Made by a program: the position numbers and the translations under genes
Notes under the pieces: model-generated
What the model was told of the DNA's origin: nothing
The model's database searches: none
What the model saw: only the letters and a program-made list of their open reading frames with translations
Shown: positions 8,905 through 17,237 of the stretch, one piece after another
Layout: every line of letters begins with the position of its first letter
Numbering within the stretch: the first letter of the stretch is position 1
Origin: a virus
Taxonomy: Duplodnaviria; Caudoviricetes
Strand: one strand, 5' to 3'
Length of the DNA: 64,000 nucleotides
Virus record (IMG/VR): IMGVR_UViG_2799112909_000002
Coordinates: 1-64,000 of that record

Positions 8905-9090
8905 TCAAATTTTCTTCCACTCGTTTTCACCACTTAGAATATAAACAGAACTATCTTCTAAAACCAATGCAGAGCTACCTTTTGACACATTGGGGGATAA
9001 AGGTAATTTCTCAACATCTTCAATTTTATCTGCTATAAATTCAGTAACATAGGCAGAATCTCTGCCACTTTGTTTAATAATATTAATCAT
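8905..9090 (-). CDS. small hypothetical phage protein
   Basis: ORF with GGAGG RBS. Confidence 0.65.
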   Translation of the reverse strand: MINIIKQSGRDSAYVTEFIADKIEDVEKLPLSPNVSKGSSALVLEDSSVYILSGENEWKKI

Positions 9091-9198
9091 ACAATAAACC
9101 TCCCATTTATTACTTTATTTATTATGAAAAACATGGGAGGTATTAGTTTTACTTTTGCCCAAAAAAAGAAAGAGGCTAATGCCCCTCTCTCTTCTAAA

Positions 9199-10686
9199 TT
9201 ATGCGGCAGTAATAGGTGCATAGCGGTCATCAAGCAATGCTTCCAGCATCAATTCTACGCCTTGCTTACCTGTCATAATCTGCTTAAACAATGTTGGTGA
9301 ACAGCCAGATACAAAAGACACTCTTGAATTCGGCTTCTGTAAGATAGTAGGGTTTTGGGCATTAACATTCCAATAAACAAGATTTACTGGTTCTAATCCA
9401 CTTGCAACCCAATCTTTCATAATAATGTCCATCTCTGCTTCAGCAGTATCCATTGTCCACTGCTTTCCACCGCCATTTCTCCAAAGAGACGTACCAGTCA
9501 TCGAGTCAATCTGCATATCGCTGATAACTACAACTGTTTCTGGTCTATCTTCAGGATTTGCTCTTAAACAGGTCTCTTTCAGCAACCTGAAAGTAGCCTC
9601 AAGGTTGGTGTTGTCGCAAAGATTAGTATTATAAATCCTAAGGACTTTTTCTACAAAGTCTTCACCTACTGTTTCAATAAGCTGCGGACGAGAAGCAAAA
9701 CTAATATAGTGGTTCTTAAAAGGTCCTCCAATACGTTCTGCACAATAGAGAGATAGACCAATGGCAACATTCATGGGCGTTCCCCACATAGAACCAGATG
9801 TGTCGCACACGCAAATCATCTTGCAAGGCTTACCTTCAAGGTAATCTTTCTGGTTCTGCCAATACTTGTTGATAGCCGCCCTATCAACTTCATCTCCTCG
9901 ATAATTTAGAGCCGAGCGAACAATATCATAAGGATAGAGAGCATCCGCATTTACAGTTTTGCTATTGTCCTTAACAAAATTCTTATACTTCTCTTTAATC
10001 ATATCTCTACGAGCAAAAGCATTACGATATTTTAATCCAGCCTTAGAGGGGATTTTTGAAAAATCTATTTTATCCCATTTGCCAGCCGACATAAGACGCT
10101 CAAGGACATTAATCTTCTTGCGAAGTCTAGACAAAAGCTGACGATACTCTTTCTGAGTAAGTTTCATGTATCTGCGTAGTTCATTAGCAAGTGCTTTTGT
10201 CTGCTCAGAAGAGGCGTTAATAGATGGCATCCACTTAGCACATAATGAAACTGCACCCTTACAAGAATCGTCTAATCTTAACTGATCTCTACAAATCTGA
10301 AAAGCACGCTCTTTAAGCGGAGAGTCAATAGTAGAATAAATAACATCGTCCCACCTGCAATATTCACTTGCTTGCGGGAGAAGGTTAGCGGCAACACGGG
10401 TGTCGTTCTTCGCAAGCCAGTTAAAGCATACACGGAAGAAACGTCTCTCGCCCTGCCCGCCTCTGATGTCACGCAAGTAAAACAAGCACTTCAAAGCAAA
10501 ATCTTTATGTTCTTCATAAGCTTTCTGGAACAAAATACAGCAGTCTTCATCTGATTTCTGACGATAAGCTCCACCAAAAGCAAACAAATCATATACTGCG
10601 GAAAGAGTTGATTTATAAGCTAGAGCTGAGTTTGTTGTAAATGCTACGTTAGTTGCTTCTTTAAGTTCTCTCATAAAAGTATTCAT
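9199..10686 (-). CDS. Ro60/TROVE-like protein with C-terminal vWA domain (DUF2828-type)
   Basis: YLRDIRGGQGER, KWMPS, LYPYDIV, vWA MIDAS CDTSGSM, ISDMQID, VYWNV and VSGCSP motifs; AAAGGAG RBS before ATG 10686. Confidence 0.85.
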   Translation of the reverse strand: MNTFMRELKEATNVAFTTNSALAYKSTLSAVYDLFAFGGAYRQKSDEDCCILFQKAYEEHKDFALKCLFYLRDIRGGQGERRFFRVCFNWLAKNDTRVAANLLPQASEYCRWDDVIYSTIDSPLKERAFQICRDQLRLDDSCKGAVSLCAKWMPSINASSEQTKALANELRRYMKLTQKEYRQLLSRLRKKINVLERLMSAGKWDKIDFSKIPSKAGLKYRNAFARRDMIKEKYKNFVKDNSKTVNADALYPYDIVRSALNYRGDEVDRAAINKYWQNQKDYLEGKPCKMICVCDTSGSMWGTPMNVAIGLSLYCAERIGGPFKNHYISFASRPQLIETVGEDFVEKVLRIYNTNLCDNTNLEATFRLLKETCLRANPEDRPETVVVISDMQIDSMTGTSLWRNGGGKQWTMDTAEAEMDIIMKDWVASGLEPVNLVYWNVNAQNPTILQKPNSRVSFVSGCSPTLFKQIMTGKQGVELMLEALLDDRYAPITAA

Positions 10687-10932
10687 AAGCTTTAATCTCC
10701 TTTGAACTAAGGCTATTGTCATAGCCAATATTTTTCTTTATCTTTATTGTATTAATATTATATCAAAATTTTTTTAAATTTTCAAATAACTATCAAAAAG
10801 GAGAGTTAATATGTATATTAACAATAGCAATAATAACTTATCTTGGTATACACAATAGTCAAAGGATATTACGCAAAAGTCAAACAAGAAGAATTAGTGC
10901 GGCAGTTAGATAGCATCGAGAAATCTCTTGAA

Positions 10933-10978
10933 AAAATAAAAGCAACCATTAATCTTTATTAATGGTTGCTTTTATTTT
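10933..10978. terminator. intrinsic terminator, probably ending the tRNA/ncRNA transcript
   Basis: AAAATAAAAGCAACCATTAAT...ATTAATGGTTGCTTTTATTTT inverted repeat. Confidence 0.75.
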
Positions 10979-11101
10979 GGGATACACAAGTCATAACCCT
11001 ATAACAAGTTAGCTAGCTACTGAGTTCTTTGACTCTTATACTTCTCTTATTAGTGCCATAAATGATAATTTTTTCTTCATCATATTTCTTTAAAAGGAAA
11101 T

Positions 11102-11176
11102 GTATCCTCGGCAGGACGGCACCCCTGCATCTTCCAAATAAAGGATGATAGCTGCCTGTTCTATACTCGAGGATAC
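11102..11176 (-). ncRNA. tRNA-like structured RNA of unknown class
   Basis: 9-bp terminal stem GTATCCTCG/CGAGGATAC, D-like arm ATAG/CTAT with GG loop, T-like arm GCAGG/CCTGC with non-canonical loop. Confidence 0.45.
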
Positions 11177-11434
11177 TATGGTTTTTGCCTTTAAGGCATA
11201 GTGAAAAACAGGATCACCAAAAACCCTTCTGGTAGCTCCCCAGCTTCTTTTGTTCCACGCAGCACACTGGTTCATCGCTATAATGTGGCGAGATTTTTCC
11301 GCCTTAAGGTGGACCCGATGTCAGCCCTTAAATAAGGATTAGACGTCATTATCCTTATTTCTTCACCAAACGCTCGGTTATTTTTATTTTACCGTTGTGT
11401 CAGAACCGTCACACAACTTCTACTGGTGAAGTGA

Positions 11435-11505
11435 AGCGGCATATGGGAATTGAACCCACATCTAAGCAATGGGAATGCTTAATGTTACCATTACACCAAT
11501 GCCGC
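11435..11505 (-). tRNA. tRNA-Gly(CCC)
   Basis: cloverleaf GCGGCAT...AAGCA TTCCCAT TGCTT...GTGGG TTCAATT CCCAT; U discriminator. Confidence 0.85.
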
Positions 11506-11510
11506 ATAAT

Positions 11511-11584
11511 CAAGACAGCAAAAAATTTATCTTTTTATCAAATCTTTAAAAATATAATTATAAATAAAATGCTGTAGCTGTCTT
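11511..11584 (-). ncRNA. ACAGCA stem-loop element A
   Basis: AAGACAGC-U-ACAGCA...GCUGUCUU-G. Confidence 0.6.
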
Positions 11585-11590
11585 TCTTAT

Positions 11591-11649
11591 CAAGTCACAT
11601 TAACTTCAGATTAAAGAATCGGAACCAAAATAATTGCTGTAAGTGACTT
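11591..11649 (-). ncRNA. ACAGCAA stem-loop element B
   Basis: AAGUCAC-UU-ACAGCAA...GUGACUU-G. Confidence 0.65.
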
Positions 11650-11660
11650 TTAAAATAAAT

Positions 11661-11718
11661 CAAAGCACCGCCATAAGGCATTAGTAATCTTGAACTAATA
11701 ATTTGCTGTAAGTGCTTT
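11661..11718 (-). ncRNA. ACAGCAA stem-loop element C
   Basis: AAAGCAC-UU-ACAGCAA...GUGCUUU-G. Confidence 0.65.
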
Positions 11719-11745
11719 TCAAAATAAACTTAATAAATTAAATAT

Positions 11746-11967
11746 TTACCCAATTACTATAAAAGGTTCAATAGCAGAGTAAATATCTTTTTCGCTTTCA
11801 ATCCAGAGTTCCTCAAATTCCATAGCATGCAAAGCACCTAACATACTCTTTGCATTTACTGTAAGACCAGCATTATCAGTAATGGTAATCTTACCGTCAA
11901 GTTGAGAAGTAATGCTTACGAATTTGTTTACATCCTGAATTGTGTCAATTCTAATCTTATTTCTCAT
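11746..11967 (-). CDS. HPr-like phosphocarrier protein lacking His15
   Basis: MRNKIRIDTIQDVNKFV...VNAKSMLGAL contains the Ser46 motif; AAGGAG RBS; the ORF-track upstream extension overlaps tRNA-Glu. Confidence 0.75.
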   Translation of the reverse strand: MRNKIRIDTIQDVNKFVSITSQLDGKITITDNAGLTVNAKSMLGALHAMEFEELWIESEKDIYSAIEPFIVIG

Positions 11968-12016
11968 ATTTTCTTTCTCCTTTAAAAATATAAATATTTG
12001 TAGGGAGGGCGGGAAA

Positions 12017-12092
12017 TGGTCACCTCGGCGGGAGTTGAACCCTGCGTTTGCCGATTGAAAGTCGACAGTCTTAACCACTTGACCACGAGGCG
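12017..12092 (-). tRNA. tRNA-Glu(TTC)
   Basis: GTCGA CTTTCAA TCGGC anticodon arm, TTCAA T-loop, encoded CCA. Confidence 0.85.
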
Positions 12093-12181
12093 TTCTCTTA
12101 TGATTTCCTAACTAGCAGCAAAGAGAGATTGTTTGCCGCCATAACTCTGATCATACAAAAGAGTTGTGCGAAAGAAGGTAC

Positions 12182-12340
12182 TTAACTATTATTTAAACAG
12201 AAAGTAAGGACTGCTGCGAGGGACTTCTCTCTTTTTCGGAGCTGCCTCTCCGCTTTACGTATGAGATTAGCATTTTTCATTTCACCTGTCGCTTTCAACT
12301 TTGCGATACGATTTTCAAAATGAAGAATAGAACGATTCAT
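12182..12340 (-). CDS. small basic hypothetical protein
   Basis: MNRSILHFENRIAKLK..., AAAAGGAG RBS. Confidence 0.5.
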   Translation of the reverse strand: MNRSILHFENRIAKLKATGEMKNANLIRKAERQLRKREKSLAAVLTFCLNNS

Positions 12341-12480
12341 AAGCCATACTCCTTTTAATCTTTTAAAATCAGGCAAGAGCCAATAGTTAGCTTTACTATT
12401 GTGTTAAAACCTGCTGCCAACCAGTGCGGGCACCAGCTGGATTCCTAAGAAATCTGTTTTAATTTAACCTTAGCATTGAG

Positions 12481-12552
12481 TGCAAGTGAGAGGAATCGAA
12501 CCTCCGTAATCAAAATTAAAAATTTTGTGCCTTACCACTAGGCTACACTTGC
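12481..12552 (-). tRNA. tRNA-Lys(TTT)
   Basis: GCAAGTG acceptor, CAAAA TTTTTAA TTTTG anticodon arm, GGAGG TTCGATT CCTCT T-arm. Confidence 0.8.
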
Positions 12553-12735
12553 ATAAATACTTCTGGGAGCGACCCTCACAGATAGAAGTATATATCTGAC
12601 AGCTTTCTCTGATGCTTGTTACTCGCCATATTTGACGCATTATGGTTACGACTATTTCCGTTGCGGATTATCGGGCGTTAAGTGACGCACGCCAGTTTTT
12701 AGAGCGACTAAGGTACTGGAATATACCTTTTATAA

Positions 12736-12809
12736 TGGTGGAGGTAGAGGTAGTCGAAACCTCATCTACTGTTCGCAAAACAGTAATTCTTCCATTAAAC
12801 TATACCCCC
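12736..12809 (-). tRNA. tRNA-Ala(TGC)
   Basis: G3:U70 pair, ACTGT TTTGCGA ACAGT, encoded CCA. Confidence 0.88.
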
Positions 12810-12815
12810 GTTTGA

Positions 12816-12870
12816 CAAAGCCCAAAAACTCAAAATAAGTATCTACAAAAATTATTGCTGTAAGGGCTTT
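12816..12870 (-). ncRNA. ACAGCAA stem-loop element D
   Basis: AAAGCCC-UU-ACAGCAA...GGGCUUU-G, fills the Ile-Ala spacer. Confidence 0.65.
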
Positions 12871-12874
12871 AAAA

Positions 12875-12946
12875 TAGAGAGGAAAAGAATTGAACTTTTA
12901 TCTATCGCTTATCAGACGATTGCACTAACCATTGTGCTACCTCTCT
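12875..12946 (-). tRNA. tRNA-Ile(GAT)
   Basis: ATCGT CTGATAA GCGAT anticodon arm; canonical cloverleaf. Confidence 0.88.
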
Positions 12947-12953
12947 AGATATT

Positions 12954-13008
12954 CAAGACTCTATATCTGTTCTTGATCAAAAATATAAACAATTGCTGTA
13001 AGAGTCTT
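12954..13008 (-). ncRNA. ACAGCAA stem-loop element E
   Basis: AAGACUC-UU-ACAGCAA...GAGUCUU-G, fills the Gln-Ile spacer. Confidence 0.65.
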
Positions 13009-13010
13009 TT

Positions 13011-13084
13011 TGGCAGGGGAAGCAGGTTACGCTCCTACGCCAATGGATTCAAAGCCCATTGTACTACTATTATACGATTCCCCC
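13011..13084 (-). tRNA. tRNA-Gln(TTG) with atypical D/T loops
   Basis: ATGGG CTTTGAA TCCAT arm, CCA end; T-loop AGCGTAA. Confidence 0.75.
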
Positions 13085-13308
13085 GTAAAAGAAATAATCA
13101 ATTTCATTTTGACGCTAATCTCCTGCATATTGATTATTTCATGTTTGGCACGCTTATCCTTAAAGGATAAGATGGTCTCGTTGTGCCACTCCGCCCTATT
13201 GGTTGAGGGAAACCTAAGAGATTATCTCTTAGAAGGTTTATACAACTCCTTCAAACTCTCCGTCTATTTTCTTATACAGTTCGACGGCAATGCGATACAA
13301 CTGTTGAG

Positions 13309-13383
13309 TAGTGGCGAGCAGACTCGAACTGCCACTGTACGAATTTTAAGTTCGTTGCCTCCTGCCAATTGGGCTACGCCACC
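13309..13383 (-). tRNA. tRNA-Leu(TAA), short variable region
   Basis: ACGAA CTTAAAA TTCGT arm, GGCAG TTCGAGT CTGCT T-arm. Confidence 0.85.
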
Positions 13384-13441
13384 ATATACAGAGAGCATTT
13401 TTAACTCTCTATAAATATTATATCAAAAAATTTTAAAAATA

Positions 13442-13633
13442 TCAATCAAGAGGAATGTGTGCATAATCATAAACTTTACATAATAAGTTACTTGAAGATT
13501 CAATTTCTTCAATTGCCGCCATAAGGTCATCATATGATAAGTATACCCCATGAGTATAAACTCTATCACCCGTCGTACTTTGCGTTAAAAGTACCCATAC
13601 ATAAAGCCCTTTAATATCTTCCATATTCGTCAT
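13442..13633 (-). CDS. hypothetical protein
   Basis: ORF with own promoter repeat and RBS. Confidence 0.6.
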   Translation of the reverse strand: MTNMEDIKGLYVWVLLTQSTTGDRVYTHGVYLSYDDLMAAIEEIESSSNLLCKVYDYAHIPLD

Positions 13634-13689
13634 AATAATTCTCCCTTTCTTATCTTCTATAAATATTATATCAAAAAATTTTTAAAATA

Positions 13690-13893
13690 TCAAACCTTTT
13701 CTTTACCCTCAGTTAGTGCCTGCATTATCCAAAAATTTAAAAACCTTTCCCCAGAGGGATCGGACTCTGCATCAACTAAACAAGACATATACCGTGGGTC
13801 TTCAGGGAACTCTGCTGGTGTATTATCTCTTGCATACATAGCTGCAATCTGTAAAGCGTTACGAAGAGTGGCAATAATTTCCTTATCTGTCAT
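13690..13893 (-). CDS. hypothetical protein
   Basis: MTDKEIIATL... after GAGGT RBS and a promoter repeat. Confidence 0.6.
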   Translation of the reverse strand: MTDKEIIATLRNALQIAAMYARDNTPAEFPEDPRYMSCLVDAESDPSGERFLNFWIMQALTEGKEKV

Positions 13894-14025
13894 AGTATCT
13901 ACCTCTTTCTTATTTTCTATAAATATTATATCAAAATTTTTTAAAATTATCAATAATTATACTAAAGGGTGTACTTTTGAATTTTGTACGATATTGGTTT
14001 CCCTAAAGAGGAGTTTAGGAGTTTT

Positions 14026-14349
14026 TTATTTTAAGAACTCTTGATTCAAGAGATTACTATCTTGACCTTCTGCTTCTTCGCAAAGTTTAAAGTAATAATA
14101 GTTTACATTTTCTTCTTTAATGGCTTCAAGAAGCTCCTCCTCTGTATCTATTGTGGAGTCAAAAGAGTCTGATATTTGTGCCATCAATTCATCTTGAATC
14201 CATCCCCAATCATCCATAACCTGAAGCGACATTTCCTTACCTATCGCTGCAACCTCATCTTCACTGTCGCAATCTACAATAGCATAATCAACAATACCGT
14301 GAAGACCCTGATAAATACCCTCCGAAGCAACTATGGCATATCTACTCAT
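14026..14349 (-). CDS. acidic hypothetical protein
   Basis: ORF with promoter repeat and RBS. Confidence 0.65.
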   Translation of the reverse strand: MSRYAIVASEGIYQGLHGIVDYAIVDCDSEDEVAAIGKEMSLQVMDDWGWIQDELMAQISDSFDSTIDTEEELLEAIKEENVNYYYFKLCEEAEGQDSNLLNQEFLK

Positions 14350-14406
14350 AAATAATTCTCCCTTTCTGATTTTCTATAATTATTATAACAAAAATTTTTA
14401 TTTTTA

Positions 14407-14724
14407 TCAAATAAGGAAATTAGCTTTGCGGGCAGCAGCATTTATAGCATTCTTATACAATCTCATTTTAGATTGACTTTTCCAAGAGAAACCTAAAACA
14501 TTTTTGTCCGCAGAATAATAAATCTTATCTACTTCATATTTCTCAACAAGCATCTTAACATACTCTACCAAATCCATATTAAGCATACGAGGAACAAGCC
14601 ACCAATGTGCAGATCCATTTGGTAAATCTGAAGTATCTACAGCGTGCCAATAACCGCATTCATCTTGCCACTCATTAAGTTTAAGAATATGATTCATAAA
14701 ATATTCCTCACTTTCTGCGAACAC
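14407..14724 (-). CDS. hypothetical protein
   Basis: ORF track. Confidence 0.6.
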   Translation of the reverse strand: MFAESEEYFMNHILKLNEWQDECGYWHAVDTSDLPNGSAHWWLVPRMLNMDLVEYVKMLVEKYEVDKIYYSADKNVLGFSWKSQSKMRLYKNAINAAARKANFLI

Positions 14725-14983
14725 ATTTCGCCCAATAATTTAAGTAAGATTTAAGAGTAGGGAATTTTATTTTAAGATAAGGATACTTACCACTCTCATA
14801 ATCGTTAATTGCATCTTCTTTTGTCCAGCGGCAAGGATGCCATAACCAATGCCGCTGGAGCTTTTTATACTTATTGCCCTTAGGAACTTCGCCTTTCGTG
14901 CGGCGGAGCTGACGGTTCATATATTTTGTGTCCTCTTTACCTTCATAATAAATAACTGGATATTTCTTATAAGACCTTGACAT
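14708..14983 (-). CDS. basic hypothetical phage protein
   Basis: MSRSYKKYP N-terminus, AAGGAG RBS. Confidence 0.65.
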   Translation of the reverse strand: MSRSYKKYPVIYYEGKEDTKYMNRQLRRTKGEVPKGNKYKKLQRHWLWHPCRWTKEDAINDYESGKYPYLKIKFPTLKSYLNYWAKCVRRK

Positions 14984-15005
14984 ATCATCAGCTCCTTTTT
15001 AATGA

Positions 15006-15311
15006 TTAGATCTTACCTATTGACTTCAAAAATCTCTCTACATTAGCTTTTTCTTCTGGGGTAGGCTGAATAGCCGCTGCGGAAACAGTGCTTACTGGCT
15101 GCTTGGAAGCTAGTACAGCCGCAGGTATAGCTTTATCTGCATTAGGTGTCACAAGGTCTTTAGCTGCTGTTAAAGTTAATTTAATCTGTATCTCTTGCCC
15201 ATCTTCCATAGTAGGAATGCGAACTGTCTTATCATGAACAAAAGCATTAGGAAAAACTTCCAAAATTTTATCAATAACTTCTTGCTTTGCTACTGCTCCT
15301 CTTATTGCCAT
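15006..15311 (-). CDS. hypothetical phage protein
   Basis: ORF with promoter repeat and RBS. Confidence 0.7.
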   Translation of the reverse strand: MAIRGAVAKQEVIDKILEVFPNAFVHDKTVRIPTMEDGQEIQIKLTLTAAKDLVTPNADKAIPAAVLASKQPVSTVSAAAIQPTPEEKANVERFLKSIGKI

Positions 15312-15383
15312 AGATATCTTCCTTCCTTTTTTCTTTGTTTATTTTACTAATATTATTATAACAAAAAATTTTTATTTTTTCAA

Positions 15384-15596
15384 TTAACTTACCTTAATCT
15401 CTTCATCAGAATCTTCCCAGACGCATTCTCTATCATCTACGAGTTTTACAGTAATTGACTCAATATTATTTTCATCATAATACTCAAGTAAATCTGACAT
15501 GGCATCTGCATAAGTTGTTCCAAAAACCTTGCCTTTAGCCTTCCTATGAGCAATAACAGCATCATCATAATACTTCACTGTATATTTAAATAACAT
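15384..15596 (-). CDS. hypothetical protein
   Basis: ORF with promoter repeat. Confidence 0.6.
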   Translation of the reverse strand: MLFKYTVKYYDDAVIAHRKAKGKVFGTTYADAMSDLLEYYDENNIESITVKLVDDRECVWEDSDEEIKVS

Positions 15597-15663
15597 TTAA
15601 CATCTTCCTTTCTGATTTTCTATAAATATTATAACAAAAATTTTTATTTTAATCAATAGTCAA

Positions 15664-16500
15664 TCAATAATGGTCAACAATGATATTATTATCTTGTAGA
15701 GTTTCAGCAAGAGCTAAACATCTATCACACACTTGGCACCCATTACCTTCAAAACATTTCTTGCCACAGTGCGAACGAACTTTCGCAAATTGTTTAATAA
15801 TAAAGCGGCTATCTAAAGCGGTATCTAAACCAATAATAATTTCTTGCAAATTGCCAAACCACTTCTTATCTTTAGCATAAATTTTATAATAAGTATCTTG
15901 TTGCCCTTCTTGAAATGAAAATTCACAAACATCTATATATTGTTCATAAGTGGGGATATCCTCTGGTCTAATAAAGAACCCATAAATATTCCCTTGCGGC
16001 AACGGGGTTTGGCAGATATTAGGGATTGCCCGCACCTTCACTCCTCTGCTCTTGCATATTTTTGCAACTTTATTAAGCTTAAATCCCATATCTTCCACAA
16101 CAACGACATCAGATACACCAGCACTAATAAAGTATTGTAAAGTTTCAAAATCTCTCACCAGATTAGAGAAGAAGAAAGGGATTGCCGCATTTTTTAATTT
16201 CTCCAGTATCTCTAACCAAGTTTTCTTATTCTCTGTTAAGAACTTATTATAAATAAGTGCTTCATCTAAGCACAGAGCAAAATTGTCCATATGCCGCTCT
16301 GTTTTTAAAGCGATTATAGCTCTTTGCTCTATCTCTTGTAAGAGCTCATCTCCTTTGAAATAGATAATAACTCTTTGCGTTAAATGCTGAGTTAAAAAGT
16401 CATAAACATTTAAAGCATTATTATATCGTATCTTTAACTCTGCCGCTTCATTTATCCACTCACTTTTTACGCTTTTGTCGAATCTTAAACAGTAGTCCAT
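15664..16500 (-). CDS. divergent peptidase-U32-like protein with C-terminal Cys cluster
   Basis: FFIRPEDI and C-x3-C-x5-C-x2-C-x2-C; family inferred from motif memory. Confidence 0.45.
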   Translation of the reverse strand: MDYCLRFDKSVKSEWINEAAELKIRYNNALNVYDFLTQHLTQRVIIYFKGDELLQEIEQRAIIALKTERHMDNFALCLDEALIYNKFLTENKKTWLEILEKLKNAAIPFFFSNLVRDFETLQYFISAGVSDVVVVEDMGFKLNKVAKICKSRGVKVRAIPNICQTPLPQGNIYGFFIRPEDIPTYEQYIDVCEFSFQEGQQDTYYKIYAKDKKWFGNLQEIIIGLDTALDSRFIIKQFAKVRSHCGKKCFEGNGCQVCDRCLALAETLQDNNIIVDHY

Positions 16501-16569
16501 AAGAATCCTCCCTATAATCTATTAGGGGCGACTATTGCCGCCCCCTCTGATTCCTACTTATAACGCCAA

Positions 16570-16953
16570 TTAGTCGCTAATAAGTCTATAATGCATCGTC
16601 CTCTTACCATCAACAACCTGAGATTCCTTGTCAACAATACCCTGCTTTACGAGAGCACCAAGTCTTGCAGAAACCTTACCCTTCGTGAATTCCTCATTGC
16701 CGATAACCTCAAGAATAGATGCGATACTCTGCCACTCTTCTGTAAGAGCCGATTCAACGACAGCACGCATTTCGTCTCCTTCAGCTTTAGCAATTTCTGC
16801 TCTTGCTCTTGCCTTATCTGCCTTTTTGTCAATCATTGCAATTTCATTGTCAATGAATTCAATAAGTGTGTCATACTGCTCAAAATCTGTGGGGATAAAA
16901 CCTCTGAGCATCTCAAACTTGTCCTTTTTTGTAATCTTCTTAGTAGTAGCCAT
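16570..16953 (-). CDS. winged-HTH DNA-binding protein
   Basis: C-terminal ...KVSARLGALVKQGIVDKE...Y wHTH pattern. Confidence 0.6.
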   Translation of the reverse strand: MATTKKITKKDKFEMLRGFIPTDFEQYDTLIEFIDNEIAMIDKKADKARARAEIAKAEGDEMRAVVESALTEEWQSIASILEVIGNEEFTKGKVSARLGALVKQGIVDKESQVVDGKRTMHYRLISD

Positions 16954-17015
16954 AATCTTTTCTCCTTTTTTCTTTTTATTTTATGTATTTATTATACCAA
17001 AAAATTTTTTTAAAG

Positions 17016-17237
17016 TCAAATTTTCCCTAAGATGAAGTTAATTTCTTTTTGAGAAAGAGATCCATAGGAGAGATTTTGATGATGAAGGACATCATCAAGA
17101 TAGAACTCAGGACGATAACCTCTTTCTGCCAAAGACTCCATATCCTTTTTGGCGGAATTAACTTTCTGTTGATGAACTTCTATAGAATCCATCAAGCCGT
17201 CACATTGTATCTTATATAAATCAAAAGGTGTCAACAT
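17016..17237 (-). CDS. hypothetical protein
   Basis: ORF with GAGGAGG RBS. Confidence 0.6.
   Translation of the reverse strand: MLTPFDLYKIQCDGLMDSIEVHQQKVNSAKKDMESLAERGYRPEFYLDDVLHHQNLSYGSLSQKEINFILGKI

Noticed and set aside
11511-11718. ACAGCAA repeats as a CRISPR array
   Set aside because: No identical 25-40 nt direct repeats, the stems covary instead of repeating, copies are split by tRNAs, and no cas genes are present
12557-12809. tmRNA
   Set aside because: The Ala-type acceptor belongs to a complete 74-nt tRNA-Ala, and no tag ORF with a matching tRNA-like 3' end was found
11511-13008. The same elements as intrinsic terminators
   Set aside because: Loops are 35-55 nt with a conserved internal motif, there is no U-tract on the transcribed strand, and they lie between co-transcribed tRNAs
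12973-13414. ORFs 12973..13170 and 13010..13414 (also 11395..11577 and 11090..11275)
   Set aside because: They overlap tRNAs or structured RNA and have no RBS or protein motif; probably spurious
16591-17035. Long antisense ORFs (16591..17013, 16628..17035, and similar ones opposite gyrA, ligA and dnaE)
   Set aside because: Shadows of codon bias in real genes on the other strand; no RBS or motifs
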